NCBI GenBank assembly: GCA_011389765.1 | Contig: JAABTT010000006.1 | Span: 7,483 to 71,482 of the forward strand | Direction: 5' to 3' | Origin: Desulfohalobiaceae bacterium S24 | Lineage (GTDB): Bacteria; Desulfobacterota; Desulfovibrionia; Desulfovibrionales; Desulfothermaceae | Length of the DNA stretch: 64,000 nt | Shown: in pieces, positions 1 through 10,300 of the stretch | Numbering within the stretch: the stretch's first letter is position 1 | How the letters are laid out: every line of letters begins with the position of its first letter | Notes under the pieces: model-generated | Told to the model about the DNA's origin: nothing | The model's database searches: none | Seen by the model: only the letters and a program-made list of their open reading frames with translations | Program-made: the position numbers and the translations under genes

Positions 1-240
1 CTGCCTGGCCTGCTCCAAATATTCCTTGGCCTGGACCGTCAAATTATCCACGTAATCCGGAGCCATCCCAACATACTCAGGCAGAAGAGTGACCACGCTG
101 AAGAGATAAATTTTGCTGTTGCACATACCTCCCAAACTGATGGCCTGATCAACCGCAAAATTGCTGTGCTCGGACCCATCCACTGCGACAAGCACCTGCT
201 CGCCTTTGGTCAATGGACACTGCGTTACATTTGCATTCAT
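1..240 (-). CDS. Universal stress protein (UspA family), N-terminal part only (rest lies left of window)
   Basis: Reverse-strand ORF from ATG 240..238, running off the window so absent from the ORF track. My translation is MNANVTQCPLTKGEQVLVAVDGSEHSNFAVDQAISLGG...LFSVV..., with the USP N-terminal VAVDGSE.S motif. Confidence 0.8.
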   Translation of the reverse strand, partial: MNANVTQCPLTKGEQVLVAVDGSEHSNFAVDQAISLGGMCNSKIYLFSVVTLLPEYVGMAPDYVDNLTVQAKEYLEQARQ

Positions 241-500
241 TTGAAAATCTCCTTCCTTTGTGTTTGACTTATTTACAAGTAAAACTGCAATTTTTATTCC
301 ACCAAACAGGCATCGGACCTCTCTATCCGGTTCTCTGAATCAAGGGCCAATTTTTGGAACAATTCCAGATTCTTTTGCCTGCACCAGGCATCAAGACCCT
401 AAAACATATCCAACGAGAGAAGCCCTTTTTCCTATTAGAAGTTCAGTTAATGTCTCATATGGTCACACCTCTCTTGGGATTGGTTTTTGACAGTGAAATT

Positions 501-517
501 TTGCACATTTCGTGCCA
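501..517 (-). promoter_or_regulatory. Candidate sigma-54 (-24/-12) promoter facing the USP gene that starts at 240
   Basis: The reverse complement reads TGGCACGAAATGTGCAA: TGGCAC-N5-GTGCA with GG-N10-GC spacing. It lies about 260 nt upstream of ATG 240. Confidence 0.4.
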
Positions 518-537
518 GGCAGAAGACAAAGGGGAAG

Positions 538-596
538 CAGAATGAACGTCGAACATCGAACGTCCAACGTCGAATGATGAATAAAGAAATGAAGAT
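538..596. repeat. Dispersed repeat family B (CAGAATGAACGTCGAACATCGAACGTCCAACGTCGAATGATGAAT...), copy 1
   Basis: Near-identical units recur at 11237-11286, 12738-12793, 12798-12839, 40471-40497, 52150-52220, 52271-52323 and 58445-58486, in either orientation. Confidence 0.85.
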
Positions 597-911
597 AAAA
601 TGAATAATGAATCAAAATACACGATCGGGCTCTTGTTCTGATTTTTTTCAGGGCGGTTCAACCGGGCCGGCCCATGACAATGGACAAACAGGCATGATCT
701 CGAAGCATGGATTGTGCCACTCCCCGCTGGAGGCTTTCCGCAGATGAACAATCCGCACAACATCCCTTGTCCCTGTGGCAATAGACCATCATTTGAAATG
801 TTCTTGTCTTTTTCTCTTTCTCACCGATATTTCACTGTTTACTAATTTTTGATTGTGATATACTCTTAAAATTATTTTCTTTGATGCTAGCATGGACGAA
901 GGAGCACTTTA

Positions 912-2717
912 ATGTCCCCAAAGGATACCCCCGAACACAGTAGAGAATGGCTTCGCCATCAGGCCAGAGAGGTGGCCGACGGCAAGCGCATCGACATCGA
1001 TTCCCTCAGCCATTCGGATATCGAAGAAATCATTCACGAGTTCGGAACCTATCAGAACGAACTCCTGAGCCAGAACGAAGAGCTCAAGCAGAGCTATCAG
1101 TCCCTTGAAGAACTCCGCAACGCCTATGCCGATCTCTATGAATTTGCACCGGTCGGCTATCTCATCGTGAACCGGCAGGGATTGATCAACACGGCCAATT
1201 TGACGGCCTGTACCATGCTTAAGCTGGAGCGGTCCCGTTTTCTGCAAGCTCCCCTGTCCCGGCTCTTTGCCCAGAATCATCACCGGCAGTGTCATAGATT
1301 CCTGAATACCCTGTTCAAAGAGAGCCGCGAAGAATCCCTGGATACCGTGTTTCAATGCGGGGACGGGAATGATCTTCCGGTTCGGCTGCGGGCCAAGCTC
1401 AGGCAGGAAAACAACCAGACGCTCTGCCGACTGGCCGTCTTGGACATCAGCAGGGAGAAAGAGCAGGAACAGGGTCGGGAACGCCTGCTGCTCGACCTCC
1501 GAAAATCCAAAGAAGAGGCCGAAGCCGCCAGTCATGCCAAGAGCGATTTTCTGGCCAAAATGAGCCACGAAATCCGGACTCCCATGAATTCGATCCTGGG
1601 CATGCTCCGCCTGTCCCTGCTCAACAGCCTGGAGCCTGAGCAGCGACGGCGTCTGGCCGTGGCCAAGGAATCGGCCGAAGCCCTGCTCGATCTCTTGAAT
1701 GACCTTCTGGATCTGTCCAAAATCGAGGCCGGAAAATTCGCACTACAGTCGAAAGACTTTTCCCTGCGACGTTTTCTGAATACCGCGGTGCAGATTTTCC
1801 GCCCCATGGCCCAGGAAAAGGGGATCTCCCTGAATCTGGAGATTGTCAGAGAGATCCCGGCCCGGGTCTTCGGCGATCCCCAGCGGCTTCGCCAGATCAT
1901 GAACAATCTGCTCAGCAACGCCATCAAATTCACGGATAACGGCGAGGTGAACATCGAGGTGGCCCGGAATGAGCCGTCCGATGCGACCAATTCCGCCGAA
2001 CACAACGCCTTGGAAATTCAGTTCAGGGTCAGGGATACCGGCTCGGGCATCAATTCTGCCTGTTTCGACAGGATTTTCGAGTCCTACGAACAGTCCGGGT
2101 ATCGTTTTGAACAGCAGCAGGGCACCGGTCTGGGGCTGGCTATCTGTAAACGGCTCATTACTGAAATGTCCGGTCGGATCTGGGTCGAAAGCAGTACCGA
2201 ACAGGGCAGCGTCTTCACCTTTGTCCTGCCCTTCGAATCCGACGGCCTGCCTGAAGAGCCCGTACAGGAAGATACCGAAAAAAACATGCCATCTCTTCCG
2301 CCCCTGCACATTCTCCTGGTGGAGGATCAGCCCATGAATCAAGTCTTTACCGAAGATCTGCTCACATCTTACGGACATCTTACGGACATTGCGGAAAACG
2401 GTCAACAAGCCCTAAAAATGCTCGAAAAAAAGACTTACGACCTGGTGCTCATGGACCTGCGCATGCCGGTCATGGACGGCATGGAGGCTACGACGCGCAT
2501 CCGGACCGGTGACCCTTGTAATCTGGATCCGGAAATCCCGGTCATTGCCCTGTCCGCGCACGTCAAGACAAAGTCGGACGAAGAACGCTTCTTCTGCGCC
2601 GGTTTCGACGGCTACATCGTCAAGCCGGTGGAGTTTGAAAAGCTCTTTTCCACTATTCGCGATGTTTTGGGCAATCGGGGACTGCTGCCGGAGAAGAGAC
2701 AAGAGAGAGGGGAGTGA
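912..2717 (+). CDS. Hybrid sensor histidine kinase/response regulator (PAS-HisKA-HATPase-REC)
   Basis: 601-aa ORF with AAGGAG before ATG 912. H-box FLAKMSHEIRTPMNSI, N-box LLSNAIKFT, G-boxes VRDTGSGI and GTGLGLAICKRL. C-terminal receiver LLVEDQPMN...LMDLRMPVMDG...KP. Confidence 0.9.
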   Translation: MSPKDTPEHSREWLRHQAREVADGKRIDIDSLSHSDIEEIIHEFGTYQNELLSQNEELKQSYQSLEELRNAYADLYEFAPVGYLIVNRQGLINTANLTACTMLKLERSRFLQAPLSRLFAQNHHRQCHRFLNTLFKESREESLDTVFQCGDGNDLPVRLRAKLRQENNQTLCRLAVLDISREKEQEQGRERLLLDLRKSKEEAEAASHAKSDFLAKMSHEIRTPMNSILGMLRLSLLNSLEPEQRRRLAVAKESAEALLDLLNDLLDLSKIEAGKFALQSKDFSLRRFLNTAVQIFRPMAQEKGISLNLEIVREIPARVFGDPQRLRQIMNNLLSNAIKFTDNGEVNIEVARNEPSDATNSAEHNALEIQFRVRDTGSGINSACFDRIFESYEQSGYRFEQQQGTGLGLAICKRLITEMSGRIWVESSTEQGSVFTFVLPFESDGLPEEPVQEDTEKNMPSLPPLHILLVEDQPMNQVFTEDLLTSYGHLTDIAENGQQALKMLEKKTYDLVLMDLRMPVMDGMEATTRIRTGDPCNLDPEIPVIALSAHVKTKSDEERFFCAGFDGYIVKPVEFEKLFSTIRDVLGNRGLLPEKRQERGE

Positions 2718-2793
2718 GGAGTTAGGGAGTGAGGGAGTGGTCAGGAGACAGGGGTCAGCCTTGCCTCTGGCCGTATACGTTCAGTTTGATCAA
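2715..2793. repeat. Repeat family C, tail plus core in reverse orientation (GGTCAGGAGACAGGGGTCAGC...CAGTTTGATCAA)
   Basis: Reverse complement of the TTGATCAAACTGGCCGG...GCTGACC(CT-rich tail) module seen at 11437-11518 and 55178-55290. It starts at the kinase stop codon. Confidence 0.7.
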
Positions 2794-2970
2794 AAATGGG
2801 AACCCCGCTTCAATGGAGTAACCAATACCCCCGTCCCAATTGAATTGTTTCAAGGTTCAAAGGATCTTGACTAGCAGCATCTTTTCCGGATAGGGTCTTA
2901 CCCATATTTCTTGATAAAATTTCCTCCAAGTGATCAACATCAACCCCTTCCAGCAGACAGGATTCCCTTA

Positions 2971-5166
2971 ATGAGCATTGAGACGGCATTCGATATTCCT
3001 TTTGTTGCCAAAATGGCCCTGCGGGAAAAACAGATTCAGCAAAATTACCGTCCAATCATTGGAGTTCATAAGTGGTTTGCCAGACGACCGGGCAGTCTGT
3101 TCCGGGCCTTGACATTGGCCGAATTCAGCAAGTCCTCCCTCTCTGAATCCTATTTTTACTCTCATAATTTTTCCGGTCGAAAGGTGGCTGATCCTTTCAT
3201 GGGCGGTGGAACCCCTTTGATTGAAGCAAACCGCGTGGGATGTGACGTCACCGGCTTTGACATCAATCCAATGGCTGCTTGGATCGTCCGGGAAGAAATA
3301 AAACACATTGACATTAAAGAGTATCGAAAAAAAGCTAGTGACTTGATAGATGCGCTTCGCGACGAAATCGGGCACCTCTATGTCACTGATTGCCCCCACT
3401 ACGGGGATGTAGACTGTCCGGTCAAATACTTCCTGTGGGTGAAAACAATTGATTGCGGATCATGCGAGATGAATTTTGATCTTTTCCCCGGATACTTAAT
3501 TTCCGAAAATGCCAGGCATCCCAAAAATGTTCTTGTCTGCCCGGTTTGCGGAGACCTCAATGAAGTTGAAGACCGGAAAAATCCTGGATTTTGCAAATCA
3601 TGCCAGGCCGAGTTGAAGACAAAGGGCCCGGCAGGCCGCGGTCACTGTCCGTGCCCTCACTGCGGTCACGGAAATGAATATCCCCGCAAAGGAGAAGGCG
3701 CACTCAAGCACAGGCTATTTGCCATAGAGTACTACAACCCGATTCGCAAGGATGGTCATAAGGGACGATTTTTTAAAAAGCCGGATACAAAAGACTTGAA
3801 TCGTGTCGAGGAGGCACAAGTCCGTAGTCGGGATTTACAGCCGCAATTCATACCCAATGAGGAAATACTGGCCGGAGATGAAACCAACAGGCTTCATAGA
3901 TGGGGCTACCGCTATTATCGTGAGATGTTCAGCGACCGGCAGCTTCTGGGGCTGGAACAAAGCTGCAGGTTGATAGCCGGCATCGGGGATGAGCGAATCC
4001 GTCATGCCCTTGCCACCAACCTTTCAGACTTGCTTCGTTATCAAAACCTGCTGTGCCGCTATGACACCTGGGCATTGAAGTCTTTGGACATTTTTTCCGT
4101 ACACGGTTTTCCGGTCGGACATGTTCAGTGTGAATCAAACCTTCTCGGCATCATCAACGGCAAAGGTGTGAATGTCGGCTCAGGAGGTTGGTCCAACATC
4201 ATTGACAAATATTCCAAAGCCAAAAAATACTGCGATGCACCATTTGAAGTACGACACAAAGGATCTCGAAAGGTGCAGATTCCGATACAAGGCGAATGGA
4301 TCGGCGAACAACTCAACGGTGACCGCCTGCGTAAGATATCAATACATTGTGCCGACGCCACCTCGGTCGCACTGGAGTCGCAAAGCTTAGACGCCGTGTT
4401 CACTGATCCGCCTTATTTCGGGAATGTTCAATACGGTGAGCTCATGGATTTCTGCTACGTCTGGCTTCGACGTTTGGTCGGGAAGGAGGCAGAAGGATTC
4501 TGGCGGGAGTCGACCAGAACTCAGGAGGAATTGACTGGAAACGTGACCAGGTCCTGGGGATTGCCGCATTTCACCGCAGGACTGGCCAGAGTGTACAAGC
4601 ACATGGCCGATGCTCTTAAGCCAGGAGCTCCTCTTGTTTTTACCTTTCATCACAACAAACTGGATGCCTACTTTGCTGTAGGTGTCGCCATACTCGATGC
4701 AGGTCTGATTTGTTCGGCAACCCTTCCTTGCCCCGCAGAAATGGGCGGATCAATCCACATACACGGGACCGCCTCCTCCATTGTTGATACGGTCTTTGTT
4801 TGCCGTCATACCGGCAGAATACCCGAATGCTGGCTGTTTCAGACTAGCGAAAAACTGACCGAGATAGTTGCGCATGATCTTGCTCAGTTATCAGCGGCTG
4901 GTCGCAAACCCACTACTGGGGACTCGCGCTGCATCATTTTCGGTCATCTGACCCGAATGGCTATCTGGAATCTCAAAGAGTACTGGAATCCAAACCTTAC
5001 AACAGAGAAAAAACTCGAAATTTTTTCCGAATCTCTGAAATCCCTGACTGATCCCGAACAGATTTTCGCTCAGTTGAAAGAAAAAAAATCATCGCCAATC
5101 GCTGCCGGACCACTCTTCTTTGCAGCTGAAATGAAATTAAGGACCATCAATGCCATTACGTTTTGA
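2971..5166 (+). CDS. DNA methyltransferase, DUF1156-type with inserted Zn ribbons (N6-A/N4-C class, DPPY)
   Basis: The track ORF is 2911..5166 (TTG). I prefer ATG 2971 (MSIETAFDIPF...). Motifs: HKWFARRPGSLFRA (DUF1156-like N-terminus), SAM motif I DPFMGGGTPLIEA, several CxxC pairs (CGSC, CPVCG, CKSC, CPCPHCG) and motif IV VFTDPPYFGNVQY. Confidence 0.8.
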   Translation: MSIETAFDIPFVAKMALREKQIQQNYRPIIGVHKWFARRPGSLFRALTLAEFSKSSLSESYFYSHNFSGRKVADPFMGGGTPLIEANRVGCDVTGFDINPMAAWIVREEIKHIDIKEYRKKASDLIDALRDEIGHLYVTDCPHYGDVDCPVKYFLWVKTIDCGSCEMNFDLFPGYLISENARHPKNVLVCPVCGDLNEVEDRKNPGFCKSCQAELKTKGPAGRGHCPCPHCGHGNEYPRKGEGALKHRLFAIEYYNPIRKDGHKGRFFKKPDTKDLNRVEEAQVRSRDLQPQFIPNEEILAGDETNRLHRWGYRYYREMFSDRQLLGLEQSCRLIAGIGDERIRHALATNLSDLLRYQNLLCRYDTWALKSLDIFSVHGFPVGHVQCESNLLGIINGKGVNVGSGGWSNIIDKYSKAKKYCDAPFEVRHKGSRKVQIPIQGEWIGEQLNGDRLRKISIHCADATSVALESQSLDAVFTDPPYFGNVQYGELMDFCYVWLRRLVGKEAEGFWRESTRTQEELTGNVTRSWGLPHFTAGLARVYKHMADALKPGAPLVFTFHHNKLDAYFAVGVAILDAGLICSATLPCPAEMGGSIHIHGTASSIVDTVFVCRHTGRIPECWLFQTSEKLTEIVAHDLAQLSAAGRKPTTGDSRCIIFGHLTRMAIWNLKEYWNPNLTTEKKLEIFSESLKSLTDPEQIFAQLKEKKSSPIAAGPLFFAAEMKLRTINAITF

Positions 5167-6169
5167 GATTGATTACAATGATACTTCGATCGCCTGGGAA
5201 CAGCTTGTTGATGAAGTCTTTCATGAGCTTACTTCCAGTTTTATTGAAATGCCCAAAGGCGAGGGTTTCATTGATTATGCGACGTTCGAAAAAGGATATC
5301 AGGAATTGAAACGCAGAACCGATGCCTTTGCAGAATTTACAACTGAAAGTGTGCTTGAAGCAGTTCGAGCCAAGCCCATAGCATTCATTGTTCTTCGATG
5401 CATTCTTGGTTTTACGCCACCGGAGTGGGGCTATCTGACCACAGAAAAGACTGGGATTGAAGTTAACCAGGGCGCTGCAAGATCCATAGACAGAAAATTC
5501 CGCTTGAATCCTTTAGCTCCCATGAATGAGGGAACCGGTGTCACAGGACAAAGAATACGCGCTTTGGTTGAATGTGCCGCGAGCACAGTGGCTCAAGGTG
5601 CCGGGGTTACGCCGTCTGGATTTTTGCACCGTCTGGATAAAGCGGATACCGCGGAAGGACCTGAGAGTTTGCAATCAATTGCCGATCTTGGCGTACCCTA
5701 CCCCGTTCTCCTTTATGAACGTTTTCTCGGACGTCCATTTGCTTCCCACAAGGATTCAGTAAGCGAACTTGTTGGTGAGGTCGTGGAAACTGCAGTCAAA
5801 AATGTTCTCACCGAAGCCAAGATCAGCTTTCGCGATACGAAACGTGCCGAGAGAATTCCGGGATTTGATCAGACTCCGGATTTTATCATACCAGATGAGT
5901 TTACCCCTGTTGCGGTTATTGAGGCTAAACTGACGGAAGATGACGGTACTGCCCGCGACAAAGTGACTCGTGTTCAACATCTGCATACACTCAGGGATGA
6001 AACAGGTATGGATTATGATGTAATCGCCTGCATCGCCGGGCGGGGTTTTAAGATACGGCGGGAAGACATGCGCAGGCTACTGCAAGCAACCGAAGGCAAA
6101 GTTTTCACCTTAAAGACCATGCATCTGCTCATCGAATATACCAGAATTCGGGAATATCGAATCAGGTGA
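5150..6169 (+). CDS. Uncharacterised protein with PD-(D/E)xK-like motif; candidate restriction endonuclease partner of the methyltransferase
   Basis: 339-aa ORF whose ATG overlaps the methyltransferase 3' end by 17 nt. C-terminal TPDFIIPDEFTPVAVIEAKL fits a PD...ExK nuclease core. I recognise no other motif. Confidence 0.5.
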   Translation: MPLRFEIDYNDTSIAWEQLVDEVFHELTSSFIEMPKGEGFIDYATFEKGYQELKRRTDAFAEFTTESVLEAVRAKPIAFIVLRCILGFTPPEWGYLTTEKTGIEVNQGAARSIDRKFRLNPLAPMNEGTGVTGQRIRALVECAASTVAQGAGVTPSGFLHRLDKADTAEGPESLQSIADLGVPYPVLLYERFLGRPFASHKDSVSELVGEVVETAVKNVLTEAKISFRDTKRAERIPGFDQTPDFIIPDEFTPVAVIEAKLTEDDGTARDKVTRVQHLHTLRDETGMDYDVIACIAGRGFKIRREDMRRLLQATEGKVFTLKTMHLLIEYTRIREYRIR

Positions 6170-6264
6170 TTGTTCATGAGTAGCGCTCTATCCTTGTATT
6201 TGGAAACATGAGGATTTCGAAATTTTGCAGCAACGAAAGAGATGAGTGAGTTTTCGTCCAAACA

Positions 6265-7200
6265 CTATATTTTGCTGCAGACACAGATATTGCGACCCTG
6301 GCGCTTGGCCGTGTACAGGTTGTCGTCCGTAGATTTCAACAGGACATCGACATCCGGATAGGCACCGACCCGATCTCCAAGCACGGTCACGGTCCCGAAA
6401 CTGGCCGTGATGCCGAAGGATCCGGTTTCGGAAAAAAAAATCAAAGAGGGGATTGCCCGGCGCAGGCGCTCGGAACAGGCCGGGGCGTCTTCGCAGTTCG
6501 TTTCCGGAAGAACCAGGATGAACTCCTCGCCGCCATATCTGGCCAGGTAATCGATTTCCTGGCGGATGCCCTGGCTCAGGGTCTTGGCAAAGGCCTGCAG
6601 GACCTTATCCCCCACCAGATGACCATGGGTGTCGTTGACCTCCTTGAAGCGGTCGATATCGCAGAGAATGAGCGTCAAATCATGGCCATACCTGGAGCAG
6701 CGAACCATCTCCGTCTGCAGTTGCTCCGTGAAATAGCGACGATTATAGGTCTGGGTCAATGGATCGGTAATGGAAAGCAGCGATATCTCCTGATACTGGT
6801 TCAGCAGGGTCTGCTCCATATTCAGGATGCGGTGGGCCGTTTGCAGCCGAGCGAACAGCTCCTTTTCCTCCACCGGCTTGTGCATGAAGTCGTCGGCTCC
6901 GGCGTTGAAGCCGGCGATCAGGTCTTCTTTGCCCTCTTTCCCGGTGACAATAATGATATAGATGTAATGGTCGATGCGCATTTTCCGGATGGCCTGACAG
7001 AGTTCAAAGCCGTTCATTCCAGGCATCACCAGATCCGTCATTACAATGCAGATGCGGATTTTGCGCAATTTTTCCAGGGCTTGATAACCGTTTGCAACCC
7101 ATTCAACCGAGTAGCCAAGCTTCTCAAGCAGATTTCCAAGCCATAGTGCCTGGGATTTTTCATCCTCGGCCAGGAGCACTCTGGAATGCGGATCGTTCAT
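6265..7200 (-). CDS. Response regulator with GGDEF output (diguanylate cyclase)
   Basis: 311-aa ORF. Receiver VLLAEDEKSQ...MTDLVMPGMNG, then a GGDEF domain with RYGGEEF. Confidence 0.9.
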   Translation of the reverse strand: MNDPHSRVLLAEDEKSQALWLGNLLEKLGYSVEWVANGYQALEKLRKIRICIVMTDLVMPGMNGFELCQAIRKMRIDHYIYIIIVTGKEGKEDLIAGFNAGADDFMHKPVEEKELFARLQTAHRILNMEQTLLNQYQEISLLSITDPLTQTYNRRYFTEQLQTEMVRCSRYGHDLTLILCDIDRFKEVNDTHGHLVGDKVLQAFAKTLSQGIRQEIDYLARYGGEEFILVLPETNCEDAPACSERLRRAIPSLIFFSETGSFGITASFGTVTVLGDRVGAYPDVDVLLKSTDDNLYTAKRQGRNICVCSKI

Positions 7201-7244
7201 GTTCAGAACTGTATCACGTCTTTCGGTTTCAATTGAGCTAATAT

Positions 7245-7284
7245 TTTTTATAAACTTTTGGACACCTTGTTGTGAATTATCTAC
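7245..7284 (-). promoter_or_regulatory. Promoter-like 40-mer shared with 62897-62936
   Basis: In gene orientation it reads GTAGATAATTCACAACAAGGTGTCCAAAAGTTTATAAAAA: a TTCACA/TTTACA -35-like box, a 17-18 nt spacer, then TATAAA. 38/40 identical to the copy upstream of sufC. It lies 45-85 nt upstream of ATG 7200. Confidence 0.5.
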
Positions 7285-7306
7285 AAATCAGCCGGGAAGT
7301 CCTGGA

Positions 7307-10300
7307 TCAGTCATCTGATGTCTGATCTTGGACAGACAGCAGAAGGCGATAGGGCCGCTGGTGGCTCTTGGGAATGATTCGCCCCTGAATGTACAGGGTC
7401 TTGCTGCCCTCCGGGGTATCGACCGGAAATGTCTCGGTATCGAAATTTTGGTCCTTATCCAGGGCGGCCGTGAGCTTGGTCCCCAAATCCAAGCGGTCCA
7501 ATGGGAAGGCCTTCAGTGCAAAGATATCCTGTTCTTTCACGGCCTCGGGATCCAGGCTGGCCAGCCGGCACAAGGCCGAATTGGCGATGACCAGGCGTCC
7601 CCGATTATCCAGGACCGCCTTGGGGGTTGCACTCATGTCGAAGATGCTGCGCACCAGAAACCAGGCCTGTTCCTGCTTGAAATTGATTTCTTCAAGCTTT
7701 TGCTGGTTCTTTTTCTGATCGTCCACGTCCGTGAAGGTCAACACCGCTCCCCGGATGTTGTTGTCACTGGTCCGATAGGGTCGGATACGCATCTTGTACC
7801 AGGTCCCCTGATCGGTCTGCACTTCCTTTTCGAGAGTGGAAAGCTCGTCCAGAACCTGTTTGATGTCCCGGATGATATTCACCTGCTTGAGCCTGGTGGA
7901 CTGATCCTTCAGGGGCCTCCCGACGTCGCTGTCGATGAGGTTGACGACCCTGGTGGCTTCACAGGAAAAACGCTTGATACGCAGCTCGTTGTCCACGAAT
8001 ATCGTGGCGATCTCCGTGGCGTTGAGCAGGTTGGTGATGTCGTCGTGGGCTTCGGAGAGTTCCTCCACTTTGCTCTGCAACTCCGAATTGACCGTCTCCA
8101 GCTCCTCGTTCAAAGACTGCAGTTCCTCCTTGGAGGATTCCATTTCTTCATTCGTGGACTGCAGCTCCTCGTTGGAGGATTGCAGTTCCTCATTGGTGGA
8201 TTTGAGTTCCTCATTGGAGGACTCCAGCTCTTCAACCGTGGTCTGGTGGCTCTCCCGGGTGTTCTGCAGCTCATCCTCCAATGCCTGAATCCGTTCTTCA
8301 TACTGATTCTGCTCGGGCTGTTGCCGGTCGTCCCGGGACTCCGGCGGCTCCCGGTGTGATGAATCGACGTCCTCGAAGACCACCAGCATATTTCCGGCCA
8401 ACGCCTTGGGAGTGGTGAGGGGAAGGACATGCAGGTCTATCTCCTGAGATCCACCATTGATCGTTACCCGGATCCGTTTTCTGAGGATTTCTTCCTGGGA
8501 GGCAGCGGCTTTGCGCATTGCCATGGACAGTTCCACGCGCAGTCCTTCCCGGGCCATGTCCAGGATGTTCTGGCTGGGCGGCCCGCTGGCAGGCTCCAGA
8601 TATTTCCCGGTACGGCCCAGGATGTGCAGCACCTTCCCCTTGCTGTCCACGAGCACCCCGGGAGGGGCAAAACGCTGCTGGAGCAGGTCCCGGGACAGCT
8701 TATCCAGATCGGCTCGCTGCTGCGCAGGCGGCGGAACGGATTCCGGTACTTCAGATCGTTCTCCCGGACTTCCCGTGGGAAATTGGATCCGCTCCCGCAT
8801 GGATTCCGGGATTTCACGGCGTTGATAGATTTTCCAACTGGAATTCAGACAGTGAAACAGGTTGGTGAAGCCGCCCACGGTTTCGGAGGACCCGAGCATC
8901 AATATTCCCTGCGGGATCAGGGTGTAGTGAAACAGGGGCAGGAGTTTCTTTTGGGCATCGGGATTCAGGTAGATCAGGAGATTGCGGCAGCAGAGCAGGT
9001 TCAAGCGGGAAAATGGGGGGTCCTTGAGCACGTCCTGCACGGAAAAGACCATGGTCTCGCGGACCTGCTTGCGAATGCGAAAGCCATCTCCCTCTTTGTA
9101 AAAAAAGCGCTGCAGCCGTTCATGGCTGACATCGGCCTGGATGCTCGAAGGATATAGGGCTTCCCTGGCCTTGTCGATGGCCTGTCTGTCGATATCCGTC
9201 CCGAAAATCTGCAGGGTGATGCGTTTGGATAGATCGTCCTGGCATTCCTGAATGACCATGGCCAGGGAGTAGGCCTCTTCTCCGGAAGAACACCCCGGAA
9301 CCCAGACCCGAAAGGTGCTGTCATTTTTGAGAGTGGCCATCACCTTGGGCAGGATTTCCTGTTTGAGCACCTCGAAGGACTTAGGATCCCTGAAAAAGTT
9401 AGTCACCCCGATGAGCATTTCCCGGAACAGGGCATCGACTTCATGACGGTCCTGGCGCAGAAAGCGGAGGTAGTCATCATGACTTTGGATCTGATTCAGG
9501 ATCATGCGCCGGTTGATTCGACGCTGAATGGTATTGGTCTTGTAGTTGGAGAAATCGTGTCCCACCTGGACCCTGAGCATGGCGAAGATCTTGTGAAGCG
9601 GTTTCCGATTGTCCGGCTGCTGCCCCTCCTCCTTTTCCACTTTCATCCGTTGATCGAAGTAACGCTCGAGTTTTTCCGGCATGTCCTGCGGGGCCATTAC
9701 AATATCCACCAGTCCCGTCTTTTGGGCACTCCAGGGCATGCCGTCGTATTTGGCGGTATCCCCGGACTGGGCCAGCACCAGACCGTCATTCGACTTGATG
9801 TCCTTCAAGCCCACTGAGCCGTCCGAGCCGGTGCCGGAGAGGATCACCGCCGCGGTCCGGCTCTTCTTGTCCGCAGCCAGGCTGCGGAAGAAGTAGTCGA
9901 TGGGCATGGAGGAGATGTTGTCCTTGTTCTCCAGGAGCTGGATGGTGTTGTTGTAAATACTGACCTCTTTTCGGGGCGGTATCACGTAGATACGGTCGGG
10001 TACGATCCGCACCCCGTCCTCTGCCATGGCTGCAGGAATGGAACTCGATTTCTGGAGGAGTTCCGGAAGCATGCTCGGCTGATCCGGAGAAAGGTGCATG
10101 AGCACGATATAGGCCATGCCGCTTCCCTCGCGCACCTTTGAAAAAAACGACTTCAAGGCATCAAGCCCGCCGGCCGAGGCGCCCAGGCCGATCACCGGCA
10201 GGTCCTGAACAGGGGATTCATCGGAAGACTGAGACCGGGATGACCGGTCTTCCGAACCGGCCGTTTCCTGTTCTTCTTCGGTCTTGCCTTTCCCGGATTT

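Noticed and set aside
8100-8260. 21-nt periodic DNA repeats (GAGGAACTGCAG-like) that could be mistaken for a tandem repeat or CRISPR-like array
   Set aside because: They encode the heptad coiled coil (NEELQSx)n that is normal for CheB/CheR-PAS fusion proteins. The frame is intact and there are no spacers.
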